Position numbers and translations under genes: made by a program | Source of the DNA: Marsupella aquatica | Lineage: Eukaryota; Plantae; Marchantiophyta | Direction: 5' to 3' | Assembly (NCBI GenBank): GCA_973895155.1 | Contig: OZ316895.1 | Coordinates: 19,234,803-19,298,802 of the forward strand | Length of the DNA: 64,000 bases | In this document: piece after piece, positions 1 through 12,399 of the stretch | Layout: the number at the start of each line of letters is the position of its first letter | Numbering within the stretch: the stretch's first letter is position 1 | Notes under the pieces: model-generated | What the model saw: only the letters and a program-made list of their open reading frames with translations | Told to the model about the DNA's origin: nothing | Databases searched by the model: none

Positions 1-10
1 AGCAGTAGAG

Positions 11-241
11 GATGTCAGTTGCAGCTCTACCTTTGCTAGTGATACACTCTCGCTGTTTGCAACACTCTGGCAAAGTCTGAGCTCAAACCGCAGCCGATTG
101 CCCTTCCAACTCGAAGTGAAATTTCGCCCCAAGCTCAGAATCCCGAAACTGGACACGTAGCAGATCGTGCATGCTAAAGTGCATACCAAACGATGTCGGT
201 TGCAGCTCTAACTTTGCCAGTGATACATTCTCGCTGTTTCC
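11..241 (-). repeat. About 1.3 units of a 181-bp repeat, inverted relative to the array at 1463-1960
   Basis: Reverse complement of the 1463-1960 unit, e.g. GCATGCTAAAGTGCATACCAAACG here vs CGTTTGGTATGCACTTTAGCATGC there. Confidence 0.9.
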
Positions 242-1298
242 GGGACAAGTAACCCTAATCACATATTCCAAGAACTATTGCAAAAATGAAACTAACGAGA
301 GAAACGAAAGGAGCGATAAAACAAACCCGGCCAAACAGAAGCCACCGTTCAAAGAGAAAAAATCGGAAGTAGATGACAGTAATGCAAATCATCAACCACT
401 CCAAAGATGAGTCAAAAGCTAGCGCCAGGCGCTAGTATCGGAGAAGAAATCCACACACTGTTTAGGACGTAGAAGACTTGCAATCGTCTTCCAATCCTGC
501 ATTAAACCTATCCTCATCCTGGCAAAACCCCTCCTCTCGCTCAGCAAAAAAATGAGGTCCAGGATAGCGACTCCTCATTGGGCAGTTCGAGATGTTCGAA
601 TCTGCAAAACTCACACATCCAGTGTATTCTTGGATGTCTCTGAAAAACTCTATCCTTGCAACCCGATACACATCGGAAGGATCCGGGTCGTGAACAAAGA
701 ATCTATCACAGAAAGCAAGCAGAGGCAAAGGATCACGCAATGGAAGGTGTTATGATCTGTGGCTGATACCCTCATCCGGGGCCATCCATAACCTGTTCCT
801 CTCGATCAACGTCTCAGGGTATTGTGTCACGGAAGAAGATCCAATCGACCTCATAACCTTCGTCTTTGACGGAGTCTGGCCCCCCCGATTTTGCAATTTT
901 CTTCCCCTTATCCATCGAGGCAAAGAGAATCACAGCCAAACTACGGGCAACTGAATAGTTTGAGAAAAGCATAGATGAGTCCGGGTAGATGGAGAACTTC
1001 CAAGAGCCGGCGCCTCTCAAAAAGAATATGGAGAAGAAGTTTAAGAAAGAGTGGCCTTTCGAGAGAGTGAAAAAGACCAAACCAAACGGAATAGATTGAA
1101 CGAATCCGTATGAAAATGAAAGGTACACTTCTTTTTTGTACAACTGTACGAGTACATGCATTTATGGTATCTGCACACATATGTACTAAAAAAGTGACTT
1201 CCGCTGCGTTTGTCTCCGTTGAAGGCTGAGATCGGAACATACACTTTAATAGCGCCAGGCGCTAGTACAAGGTTCCCAAGAAATATTAAAGTAACACT

Positions 1299-1460
1299 TA
1301 ATGGTAATGGTAATGGTAATGGTAATCTACTCCAAGTCAGATGACTCAGACTCGCTACTGTCAGACCTATTGGTAGACTCAGCTTCATCATCTATAAATT
1401 TGCTTCTAGGCACATCATTGAGGAAAGGCTGGCGGATGAATTTCCTATCTGAACCTATCT
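1299..1460 (-). mobile_element. Probable 5'-truncated 3' end of a second LINE family with (CATTAC)n tail
   Basis: Minus strand reads ...PFLNDVPRSKFIDDEAESTNRSDSSESESSDLE* and the stop (1327-1329) is followed directly by about four ATTACC units, the same tail motif as the LINEs at 2170 and 16258. Confidence 0.5.
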
Positions 1461-1462
1461 TT

Positions 1463-1960
1463 CGTTTGGTATGCACTTTAGCATGCCCGATCTGCTACGT
1501 CTCCAGTTTCGCGATTCTCAACTTGGGGCAAAATTTCACTTCGAGTTGGAAGGGCAATCGGTTGCGGTTTAAGCTCAGACTTTGCCAGAGCATTGGAAAC
1601 AGCGAGAATGTATCACTGGCAAAGTTAGAGCTGCAACCGACATCGTTTGGTATGCACTTTAGCATGCGCGATCTGCTACGTCTCTAGTTTCGCGATTCTG
1701 AGCTCGGGGTGAAATTTCACTTCGAGTTGGAAGGGCAATTGGCTGCGGTTTGAGCTCAGATTTTGCCAGAGCATTGGAAACAGCAAGAATGTATCACTGG
1801 CAAAGTTAGAGCTGCAACCGACATCGTTTGATATGCACTTTAGCATACACGATCTGTTACGTCTCCAGTTTCACAATTCTGAGCTTGGGGCGAAATTTCA
1901 CTTCGAGTTGGAAGGGAAATTGGCTACGGTTTAAGCTCAGACTTTGCCAGAGCATTGGAA
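1463..1960 (+). repeat. 181-bp tandem repeat, about 2.7 copies
   Basis: Unit start CGTTTG(G/A)TATGCACTTTAGCAT recurs at 1463, 1644 and 1825. Confidence 0.95.
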
Positions 1961-1962
1961 GC

Positions 1963-2150
1963 AACTCATTATCCACCGGCCAATTCCCCTTTTGAAACAC
2001 CTTTGGATCCATCAAGTTGATCTCTGAGCCAGTATCAATGAGCGCCCGCACTTTGCCTTCCATTCCTTCCAGCTAACACTCGCTCTCCAGACTTGCTCAA
2101 GCCCAGTATCCATCTCGGTAAGCATAACCGTTCCCTTTCATCGAGCCCAT
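1963..2150 (-). pseudogene. Ty3/gypsy aspartic protease remnant
   Basis: VRALIDTGSEINLM contains the retropepsin D-T-G motif. Confidence 0.7.
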
Positions 2151-2169
2151 AACATGAATGGTCCTCGAT

Positions 2170-3726
2170 ATGGTAATGGTAATGTATTATAAGCTCCGGG
2201 ACCATGAAAGTCAAAGGAGCTGCCACAAAAAGTAAAGTACAATACAATCAAAGAAAAGAGCAACCAAAAGAGATTGCTCAGAAGAGGACAACTATGTCCT
2301 CAAAGAAACTATGGACCTAGAGAGCCCTGAAAGATTTTCCAAACCTATTCTCCTTTCCCTATCCACCACAAAGATATATCTTCCAAGTTGCTGAGGGGGC
2401 AGACCAAACAATGCATACAAATCTTTCACCAAGATTTGAGATGCCATCCTAACCCCCTCATAAAACTTGCAAGCAATGAATACATGATATTCATTCTCTA
2501 TACTAGAGCTATCACATAGTTGACAAACCCTCTTTTTCCTGTCAATATCCTTCCATCTCCCTTGTTCTACTTCAAGGTGGTGTGAGCTTAGTCTATACTG
2601 AGCAATAAGTTGTCTAAGTTGTACTGAGATAGTGCTAGATAAGTATTCTTGTTCTCGATATTTCTTCATGGGGTTCACATCTCTCATGTAGTATTGCTGC
2701 CGTGGGCTAGGTTCATGCCAAAGTTTGTGCAAAGCCTTTTGCTCAAGTTTTGCTCTTAGCTTGGTTGGGTGTGTTGGCCATTCATGTTCAGGAAAATCCC
2801 AAGCATGGGCCCACCTGCACACATCTGCATACCACCCTTTAGCTGAAGATGAGCGCAAGGCATGAAAAGGAAATCTGTTTTCCTCCAACTCTCTTACACG
2901 CATGATGTATTTGAGTGTGTGGAAGAGTGCCTCCACCTCCAAAGGAAACAAGCCTGCCTCTGCAAGTGTAAGTGCATATGGGGTTTGTGACTTGATCCCA
3001 AGCTCCATCTCAAGAAATAGCTTTTGCAGCCCCTCAATCTGTTGCCACCCAGATTTAGACACACCTGCTCCCCAAATTGGTGCTCCATAAAGAATGACTG
3101 GTTTCACCAAAGCTCCAAAGAGATGTTTCCTTAACCTCCAAGTGTGTAGACCAGCTCTTTTGCATTTGTTCATGAATGCATAAAAAGCTCTGTACCCATT
3201 GGCAGCCCTAGATTTTACACATGAGGCCCAACTCAAGTTTTGAGAGAACTCCACCCCAAGGTATTTGTAGGTCCTCACAAATTCCACCAGATTCCCTTGG
3301 AAGTAGAGCTCTGGATTTTGTCGTGTGCCAATGCCCAAACACTTGGTCTTCTTGAGGTTGACTACCATCCCTGTTGCTTGACAAAACTCCTCCAAGGCAT
3401 TGAGATGTCTTTGCAAAGCTTCTTGAGCATGAGCAAGTAGGACCACATCATCTGCAAATATAAGAAGTTGGAGGACAAACCTACCCAATTGAGTGCCAAC
3501 TCCACCATGCTCCTCCAAAATGTTGTGTAGCTGATCAATGAAGATGCCAAAGAGAGTTGGTGAGAGAGGACAACCTTGGATCACCCCAAGAGTGCTCCAG
3601 ATTTCTTCAGAGGTTTCCTTTGAAAGTTTGATGCGCACTTCTTGGTACAATTTAGAAACAGCCAACCTGAGCTCTTCAGGCACTTCCAACTCCACCATCC
3701 TATCCCAAAGCTTGGAATAGGAATAA
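2170..3726 (-). mobile_element. 5'-truncated RTE/RTEX-like non-LTR retrotransposon, copy 1
   Basis: RT motifs GVIQGCPLSPTLFG, FADD and YKYLG; C-terminal RLSSHHLEVEQGRW...CQLC...ENEYHVFIAC zinc finger; short 3' UTR and (CATTAC)n tail; near-identical 3' copy at 16258-16880. Confidence 0.9.
2292..3726 (-). CDS. LINE ORF2 fragment (reverse transcriptase plus C-terminal Cys/His domain), uninterrupted but 5'-truncated
   Basis: ORF 2292..3752; recognisable RT homology starts near SKLWDRM. Confidence 0.85.
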
Positions 3727-4589
3727 ACTGGAGGCTTCCGTAGGACGAGCACATACCCAATGCTAGACTATTTCTCACATATCAGCTACTGTGGGCTCTC
3801 TGGCTAGCACGGAATGAACAGGTTTTCAAAAAACTGAATAAGCGTGCTTTTGATTTTAAACTTGTGCTTTCAAAAACTGTTTCCAACCTGTTTGCTGTCA
3901 CCAGATGTTTCCCTCGGGGTAGGAAGTATGATAGACTGCAAAGAGCAAGGGATTGGCTGAACGCTGAATGGCTGAGATTAAACTATAGAAATGACTTTAG
4001 GATTGTTCACTCTCAGAGACATAGGGACCAGGTTTAGAACAAAGTTAAGGAATTATGCTGGTAATAGCACAAGGGAGACTGAGCACCAGGGAGATTGCTC
4101 CTTATGCTTGGAATGGCACTATATATAGGATTGATGAGGCGGTTCTATGGGACCATAGATTTTGACAACCACCCCTGCCGGGGATGTGCATATTGTATTC
4201 TGTCTGTGATGGAACATTCCCTGTTTGCTTCCCCCTCGCCGTGGGGTTTTCGTGGCTTATTTTATTTTATAAAATCCCCTTTTCAAGGAAAAAATGAATT
4301 TTTCTAGGCTTTAGTCCTGGGCAGAAGGGCTATAAATTGTGGGATCCTATCAATTGCAAGGCAGTTGTGAGCAAAAATGTTGTTTTTGACAAAGAATGGT
4401 TGTCAAGACCCCGGATATTCAGGAGGAACAGGTGGAGGAACCCACTATGGTGGAGCTTGATAGTGATGAGGAAGTTGTTGGTCTCTCTAGTAGAGGTGTA
4501 GTTCCTCAACCAAGGCGCTTCACGAGGACCAATTTTGGTCAACCCCCTGATAGACTGTTATTGGTGGTCTAACATTTCTTTTAGATTTT

Positions 4590-7500
4590 GTGGTTATTTG
4601 GCTAGAAGTATCTTCTACTTTTCCTTTACTCTTGCTAGGAAGATCCTGGTTGTATAAAGCTAAGGTAAAAGTTGATTGGGAACATCGTCGGATGTCCTTT
4701 GGAAAACCAAGAGTTACTATCAGTTGGACAGATGAACCTCACTTGGGAGAAACTCAGTTTGACGATGGACAATTATACTTCTGATTTTTCAAACTCTACT
4801 CTTATTATTAAAGCTCATGATTTTAATTCCTTAGAAGTAGGATATTTGGATATTTTTGAGATAGAAGAGGACACAACCAAAGAGGAAGATACTAATAACA
4901 CTTCCTGACGCAAGGCCATTGAAGGGGAATCTATTAGAGAAGATGACCCTGAATATGACAAAGAGCTACTCTGGGAGGCTGAATTTGCAGACAACACAGA
5001 CGGTGTTGTAGATCCTTGAAAATGTCAGAAGATTGAAATAGAGCCAGGGAAGTTCCTAAATATTAGTAACCACATTGAGGGTGAGTTAAGGGAGAAGTAT
5101 ATTGAACTGTTGACTCAATACAAGGATGTTTTCGCATGGAGCCACAAAGATCTTAAAGGGATACCACCCCATCTGGGTGAACATTGCATTGACTTAATAG
5201 AAGGAGCTGTGCCAGTGAGACAGAGACAATATCGCCTAAATCCTAAATACTCCATGTTGGTTAAAGAGGAACTGGACAAACTAACAAAAGCAAGATTTAT
5301 TTACCCTGTGCTCTGTAGTGATTGGGTCTCATCTATCGTCATTGTTCCTAAGAAACCCGGACCAGATGGGAAGCCTAAGATAAGGGTGTGTCAGGATTTT
5401 CAAAAACTTAATGCACCCACCAGAAAAGATCATTACCCTCTGCCCTTTATAGATTTAGTTCTTGATTTAGTTGCTTCACATGAATTATATAGTTTCTTGG
5501 ATGGATATTCTGGCTATAACCAGGGGTCAATCAAGGAGGAAGATCGTGACAAGACTACCTTTACCACGGATTGGGGTACCTATGCTTTTTGGGTTATGCC
5601 CTTTGGTCTGTGTAATGCCCCTGGTACATTCCAACGGATCATGATGATTATCTTTCAGGACTTTCTCAGAATTTTTTTAGAGATTTTTATTGATGACTTT
5701 TGTGTATATGGAGCGGCCAAGAGATACCTTGACCATTTACGACAAACCTTTCAAAGATGTCGGGAGTCACAATTATGTTTACATCCAGACAAGTGCTTTA
5801 TAGGATGCAAGAAGGAATTCTGCTGGGACATGTTATATCCCAACGAGGAATCGAAGTGGATGCTGAGAAAGTTTGAATTATTTTGGCATTACAACCCCCT
5901 GGAAATTTAAAGGAGTTGCGAGGGTTTTTGGGGTATGTAGGTTATTACAGACATTTTATAAGAAAATATGCTGACTTAGCCATGCCTCTAACCCAGCTAC
6001 TTAAAAAGGATATAGAATACAACTGGACAGATGAGAGGCAACAAGCTTTTGAGTCATTAAAACACAAGTTAACCACTGCTCTTATTCTTCAACCTCCACA
6101 TTGGCAGAAAACCTTCCATGTTTTTATTGATGCTTTAGCATATTGTGTGGGAGCTGCTTTGAGTCAACTCGATGAAGATAAGAAGGACCATCCTATATAT
6201 TACGCCAGTCAACAAATGAATAGTGATGAAAGAAACTACACTGTGACAGAACGAGAAGCTTTAGCAGTTATCTTTACCTGCAAAAAATTTAGGGACTACT
6301 TGTTGGGGTATAAAACTATATTTCACACTAATCATTCATCCTTGAAGTACTTAGTTAACCAACTGGATTTAAGTGGCCGAATTGCAAGATGGGTACTTTT
6401 ATTATAGGAATATGACTATGAGGTACAAGTACGAGCCACAGTGTAGTTTCTTTCATCACCATGAATACGCAGATTTCTTATCATGAAAACGCAGATTTCT
6501 TATCTCGGCTCCCTGGTAAAATGAATTCTGAACCATTATCAGATCAATTCCCTGATGAGCATTTGTGGCATTTAGAAGGCGAAGAATCTAGATATTTTGA
6601 GATAGTGCAGATGCTTATGCACGGACTTCATCCACCTGGTTTGTATGCTAAAGAAAAAGCAGTTTTTCTACACAAGGTCGGGCCATACACTTTGGTAAAA
6701 GGGGTCCTATTTAAATTATTGCCAAACCCAAGCTTCATTGCTATTTAGAATCTCGAGAAGTTTCACGAGTTATTTTAGCTTTACATACTGAAACCTCTGG
6801 AGGTCATTATGCCATAAATACCACTATGAAAAAAATCAAGGATGCTGGATTTTGGTGGCCTACTATGCACAAAGATACCTATGAGTACATCCAGAGTTGT
6901 GATCCATGTCAACGAGTTGGCAAACCCACTGTCACATCAAAATGGCCATTAACTCCTATTCTTCCACTCTCTCCATTTGAAAAATGGGGTATAGACTTTA
7001 TTGGACCAACTTCTCCAGCCGCTAGGTTCAGTCAAAGCCGATACATTATCATGGCTACAGATTATCTTACAAAGTGGGTAGAAGCTAAACATACAAGGAA
7101 AAATGATGCTGCTACAGCTGCCAGTTTCTTATTTGAAAACATCATTACCAGGTATGGTTGCCCCCTTGAGCTAGTCAGCGACCAAGGTTTACATTTTCTT
7201 AATGAGACCGTCGAACTTATTACAAACAAGTATTTGATTAAACATCGTAAGACTACACCTTACAACTCTAGAGCTAATGTATTGACTGAACGAGCAAACG
7301 GATTAATGGGAAAAATCTTAAACAAAATGGTGGAAGCACATAAGACTGAAATGGATATCAAACTCCATTCAGCATTATGGGCCTACAGAACAGCAGAAAA
7401 GATTACCACTTTGAGGACTCCATTCTATTTAACCTTTGGTTTGGATAGTATTATACCCATCAAATTTGAAATCCCTACTGAGAGAATTCTTATTGATACA

Positions 7501-7830
7501 AGAATGTCAGAATCTGACAGCCTTCAGATAAGGTTGGACAAAATAGATGAATTAGATGAACACAGACTCTTAGCTTTGGATCATATTGCTATTCAGCAAA
7601 GTAAACGAAAGACAATGTATGACAGCAAATTAAAAACTCATGTTCTTCAACAAGGTGATTTAGCCCTGGTTTATGATTCTCGTTATATGTTCTTCCTGGA
7701 AAACTCCACACTCATTGGATTGGCCAAATGGATCATTATCCTTGGAGACTTTGAATGGAGAACCTCTTGATACCAGAATCAATGGATTCAGAGTGAAGAA
7801 ATACTACCTACCCCACTCTAATGGCTTGTG
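4590..7830 (+). pseudogene. Decayed Ty3/gypsy pol (end of protease, RT, RNase H, integrase), same lineage as the element at 46735
   Basis: LLGRSWLYKAKV; IVPKKPGPDGKPKIRVCQDF; FLDGYSGYNQ; IFIDDF; NYTVTEREALA; GFWWPTMHKD...CDPCQR; WGIDFIGP; LVSDQG; several stops and frameshifts. Confidence 0.95.
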
Positions 7831-7847
7831 AGGGCACAGCGCCGTTT

Positions 7848-7860
7848 GAGGAGAGGGCTA
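7848..7860 (+). promoter_or_regulatory. Polypurine tract directly after integrase
   Basis: GAGGAGAGGG-CTA followed by TGTAAG, same layout as AAGTGGGGAG-CTA-TGTGAT at the confirmed LTR boundary 57617. Confidence 0.75.
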
Positions 7861-10800
7861 TGTAAGTATACGGTACATGAGAGAATCTCAAAATTAGTGA
7901 AAAAAATTAAAAATTTTGCAATCAGCTTAAGTTAAGCTAATCCAAAACTTACGGTTTTAGGCTTAACAAGGTTTTTTACGCTTACACCTTTACGCTTTCC
8001 ACATTTGTTACGTTTTTACGTCTTACGCGTGAACGCATTTACGCTTTCATTAACTTATGGGATTACGCCTACTACTTCAAGATGAACTTGCCATAATCCT
8101 TCAATGGGAAGAAAGTACTTAACCACGGCGACTCACAAACGGTAAATTACCAGCAATACGCCTAACAATTTCTTGCCTGGATCAAGTTCTTCACTGCACA
8201 ATAGCATTACACATATTCTTGAAGGGAGACCCTTGAACTTCTATAGTTCACACTAATCGGAATTAAGATGTCGAGAGCAATGGTGAGTCTTGGGCGCGAT
8301 GATGAATACTTGATTGATGCGGTGGTGGTTCCGAAGATCGTGCTTGTAAGAATTCCGAAGACAAAGGAGAGTTATGAAGCGCTGCAAACCTCTCTACAAC
8401 ATATGAACCTTGGGAGACTCCTTAGCATTCCCTGGAATATCAAGCTCGACACCTACCTTGAGGATTTTGTTAAAGGAGCTTCTATTCCTATTCAATTCCA
8501 TCAGGGGTCGACCCAGTTTGTGGACGGTGGATCACATAGCGACTGCATTTGGATGTTCTTCTTAAGGCAAAGCTTTGTACTCGAAGAAGAAGAGCTTATC
8601 TGAACCATACTTCTCCGGTACTCGGAATACCAAAAATGGCTGGAATATTACACAGTGTAATTATCCTGAGCTAAGGATTCTCCTAGAATTCCTCATTCCT
8701 ATTTTACATCCTAAAAAACCATCTCTCTATCCTGTGACACTAGCCAACACCATAGTGGGCTCCCATAGCGGAGAGGTAAAAGTGAATTGGGCACTCGTGC
8801 TATTTAATGTCATCAAAGAGCAGCTTAAGGGGTTGGGAGCCGGACATCCTACATATCTTCAAGTTTTCTTGTCTCAACTCTATTACACTCGGGATTACAC
8901 CTTTGATTTCCTACTCCCAGAAGAGGATATTGAGAGAAGTTTACTTATAGACGAGCTTGTTTTTGATGAGGAGGAAACCCAGAGGAGGAAGTCAGGCAAA
9001 ATTCTACTTCTCCCCCTTTCAGCTCTGCTTTAATAGATAGTCCCCTTCATTCAGTGATCATTCCACATTTTACAGGATCAGTTGTTGAAACTCCAGCACA
9101 ATTTGAAAACAGTCCTAGCTATGGATTTGGAAGAACCAGTTGCAGAACCACCAATGAAGAATTCTTCTGAAGCTGATCCAGACCTTGAGTTAACTCCTGC
9201 TCAGGCCAACTATGAGATCAATACAGTACCTGCCGACAATGAAACGACTCCACCAGGATAGTGTACATCAAAATCTACGACTAAAGCTGATTTGAATCAG
9301 AAACTCATTGATGAGCTTTCCTACTTACTTACTTGTGACTCTGGTGAACTTTTAGATGTTGTTCATCAACTACGTAAGGCAGTTGTGAATTAGTTATCAC
9401 CTGTTTCTCATTCCTTTAGTCCCCCTAGATCACCTTCCCCAGAACTAGCTCTTCCTCGGACTGGAGAACTTTTTGTAACAACCACCATGACCCAAATAGT
9501 TGAACCCCTCCCTTCTACTGAAAGACCCAACCTAGAAAATTTTGTTAATCCTATCTGTAATTCTGAGGAACATCATTCTTGTGTGACCATTGTTCACCAA
9601 CTCACCACTATGTTGGCATGTCACATAGTAGAGATAGCTTCCATAGTTGATGAATTAGTAAACCGACCTCCACCTCCTACTAATTCTTTCTCCCTTGGTG
9701 AAGTTCCTTATAGTCCCGATTCAAACTACAAACCTACTGGTAGTACACTCCACCAACCTTTACACACTACACCATTCTTTTCTCAGCAAAGATCCCATTT
9801 TCTTGAAGATTACAATCCTCCCTCAACTCCAAAAGACTATCCTCCCTATGATATCCCAGTCTGTGATTCTCCAGAACAAGGTTTTGAAAGGGTTGATACA
9901 GCTTTGAGATCCAACCCCAACCTTGTTGCAGTTGTCACTTCCTCTACCCAGACTCCTAGAAATGCTATCATCTATAAAATGGAGTCTAGAACACCTAAAC
10001 AACAGGTCCAGAAGTACGTCACCACTTGCAAAATCATTCATGCCAATACACCACCTGTAAATGAGTTCCGGAGATTTTATTATCTTAAGAAAGTAGAGGC
10101 TAGCTACATATTTGACCTCAGGACAATTGGCACCTCTCGCTTGGAGTTGGCCCAATTCGATGAATATTGGATGGATTCAGTCTACTTTCGACCCATACTG
10201 GCCGTTATGTTCCTACAAGGAGATGTCAAAGTTGATGACCCGGACTTAATCCTGGCTTACTTGGGAAATATAGCCACTTATGCTTTAGATTTTGTTCTGA
10301 TGTTTCTTAAACAGAGCAACAAGTCCATTACTCTTGACCGTTCCTATATTCCCATTGGCCCCAAGATTACTCTTACTTCAACTAGTTCCTATGCAGACAA
10401 ACAACGAGTATGGAACAATATCACCTCTCAACAGCTGGTAAAATTCACTCGCTACTTCAGGGATGTTCAGTGGAGATTACAACCATTCTACAACAAGATG
10501 CTGAGTACATAGATGTTTCTACAATTCTACCCCTCTGTTTATGCCAACTCCTGTAACTGTTTAGATGTAATTGGCATTTTGAGAGAAGCGATCATAATTG
10601 ATCTGTGCTTCCTGGTGAAGAGGATGCCTCTTCTGTATTGGGGAAGACAGATGCACTGTCTACCTTACACCCTGGATCAACCTCATTGCGATGAAGTAAG
10701 GGAAGCCATTCGGACTCGTACTATTTGGATCGTGGAAGCGATGGAACCAGAGGATATTCGACAACAGAGGAATTGAAGCGGATCTACATTTTGATAAAGT

Positions 10801-12399
10801 GTTAAAAGCAGATCTAGTTTAGAGTGCCTTGCCCGATCTTACTAGGCATGTCTTAAAACTCGTGCGTCTTTTTCAGTAGATAACTTGTACATAAGGCAAC
10901 GCGCTAGAAGAGATTTCAACTTTTTCCAATTTTTAGTTAGAAAGATAACAATGGTTTAATTTACTAAGTCCTTAAGATACCATAGATTACGAGTTTAAGC
11001 TTATACGCTCATCTCCCATTTCGCTCATTTTTACTTAGCCAAATTGGACCTTTTCACATTTAGTTTTCATTTTAAGTTTTTCCAGAGGTATGAAGAGATG
11101 TGACTCTTCAACCTCCGAGGCTTTTCCCTCATTGATTTTCACTATAAGACACCTCTATCACTAGTGTAGAAGGATGGTAAAGTTATGCATTTTTGACTCT
11201 TCCTTGTGTTAAATCAATTGATCATGAATCTATGAGTTCAAAGTCAGGTTTAACAGGGGTACACAATATCATCAGGTTGATTCAATCTCGGCTGACCTTG
11301 CCGAGATGGGCGTACGGACCAAAAAAAAATCCCCCAAAAAAAAACCGAAAAAATCCCGAAAAAAAAATTTTAATTTTTTTTTCCCCATCTCAGCTGGCCT
11401 CGCCGAGATGGGGCGTACGGACCGAAAAAAACGTGGAAAAAAAAACCCAAAAAATTTCCCAAAAACAAATTTTGAAAAAGAAAAAATCAGAAATTTTTTC
11501 CCATCTCGGCTGGGCTCGCCGAGATAGGTGTCCGTACGGTGCAGATGCCTCATGGCTAAAAAAAATTTGAAGAAAAATTCAAGATTTTTTTTCTTCATTT
11601 TTTTTTTTCGCATCGCAACTTGGCGGCCTCTCTGAGATGAGGTGACAGCTGATATCAAGTACACTGATGAAAGTGACTGGTAACTGATGAGATTACTTAT
11701 CTCGGTTTAACACATAGGAGAGACTTTCCTCCTTCTTGTGTTTGTACCTCTGTTTAAAAACACAAGAGGTAAAATCCATTTGTGTAAAATCTTTGGAGTT
11801 GTGATGATAGATTTCTTTTTGGTGACTCATTGCAAACTCCTAAGTTCTTAAAGTTAACTCATTGAGTTTTAAGTCTTATTGGAATTGATGGATTCTTTCA
11901 TATTGCTTAGTACCATCTAAATGTTGAAATAACTACCTTTTAGATCTTGTCTAAGTATCACTTAGAAATAAAAGACAAGACGTGTTGGCGGCAATTTAAA
12001 AGAGTACTCTAGTAAACATTTTAGATCTGAAAAACAATGTAAATTTAAATTTTATAAGTCATTTCATTTTGACTTATGTTTAAGGAGTAACCTTGGTATA
12101 TACCAGAATTCCTTAACATACTTTAAGGTATTTTTCCGTGTGTTTTTGTTAATTATTTCCTTTTATTAATTTATGTTTACACAATGCTGAGTTATCATTG
12201 AAAACTACTCACCGCTGTGGAGAAATCTTCAAAATACCTTAGTAAAGTAATCAAATTTGATTACTGTGTAGGAAACATCTTAATTTATCTATTATTGACA
12301 TTTAAAACTATCAAATCAACCCCATTTTGTTCTTTACGGGAATGAATACCAAGTTTGAAGACCTTTAAGTGTATTTTTGGTTCTTCATAACAAACTACA
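7861..12399 (+). mobile_element. Probable 4539-bp 3' LTR containing a decayed ORF
   Basis: Begins TGTA after the PPT and ends AAACTACA directly before unrelated copia RT; the same 3' end recurs at 36175-36247; no 5' LTR or TSD available for confirmation. Confidence 0.7.
8268..10776 (+). pseudogene. Decayed LTR-embedded accessory ORF, homologous to 47108-50482
   Basis: NLGRLLSIPW and YFSGTRNTKNGWNITQCNYPELRILLEFL align with GLEAFVRLPW and SFPGPSTKNGFFRNTCTNPHIGEMIDFL; split over ORFs 8268, 8575, 9487 and 10513; the last two fragments are assigned by position only. Confidence 0.65.

Noticed and set aside
3760-4560. Possible LTR or 5' part of the gypsy element at 4590
   Set aside because: No matching termini, TSD, PBS or similarity to 7861-12399 could be established; left unannotated.
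11193-11664. Lys- and Phe-rich ORFs
   Set aside because: Translations of A and T homopolymer tracts.
11660-11710. Two CTGATGA motifs suggesting a hammerhead ribozyme
   Set aside because: The stem after the second motif is followed by GGTTT rather than GAAA, and no stem I or III pairing could be found.
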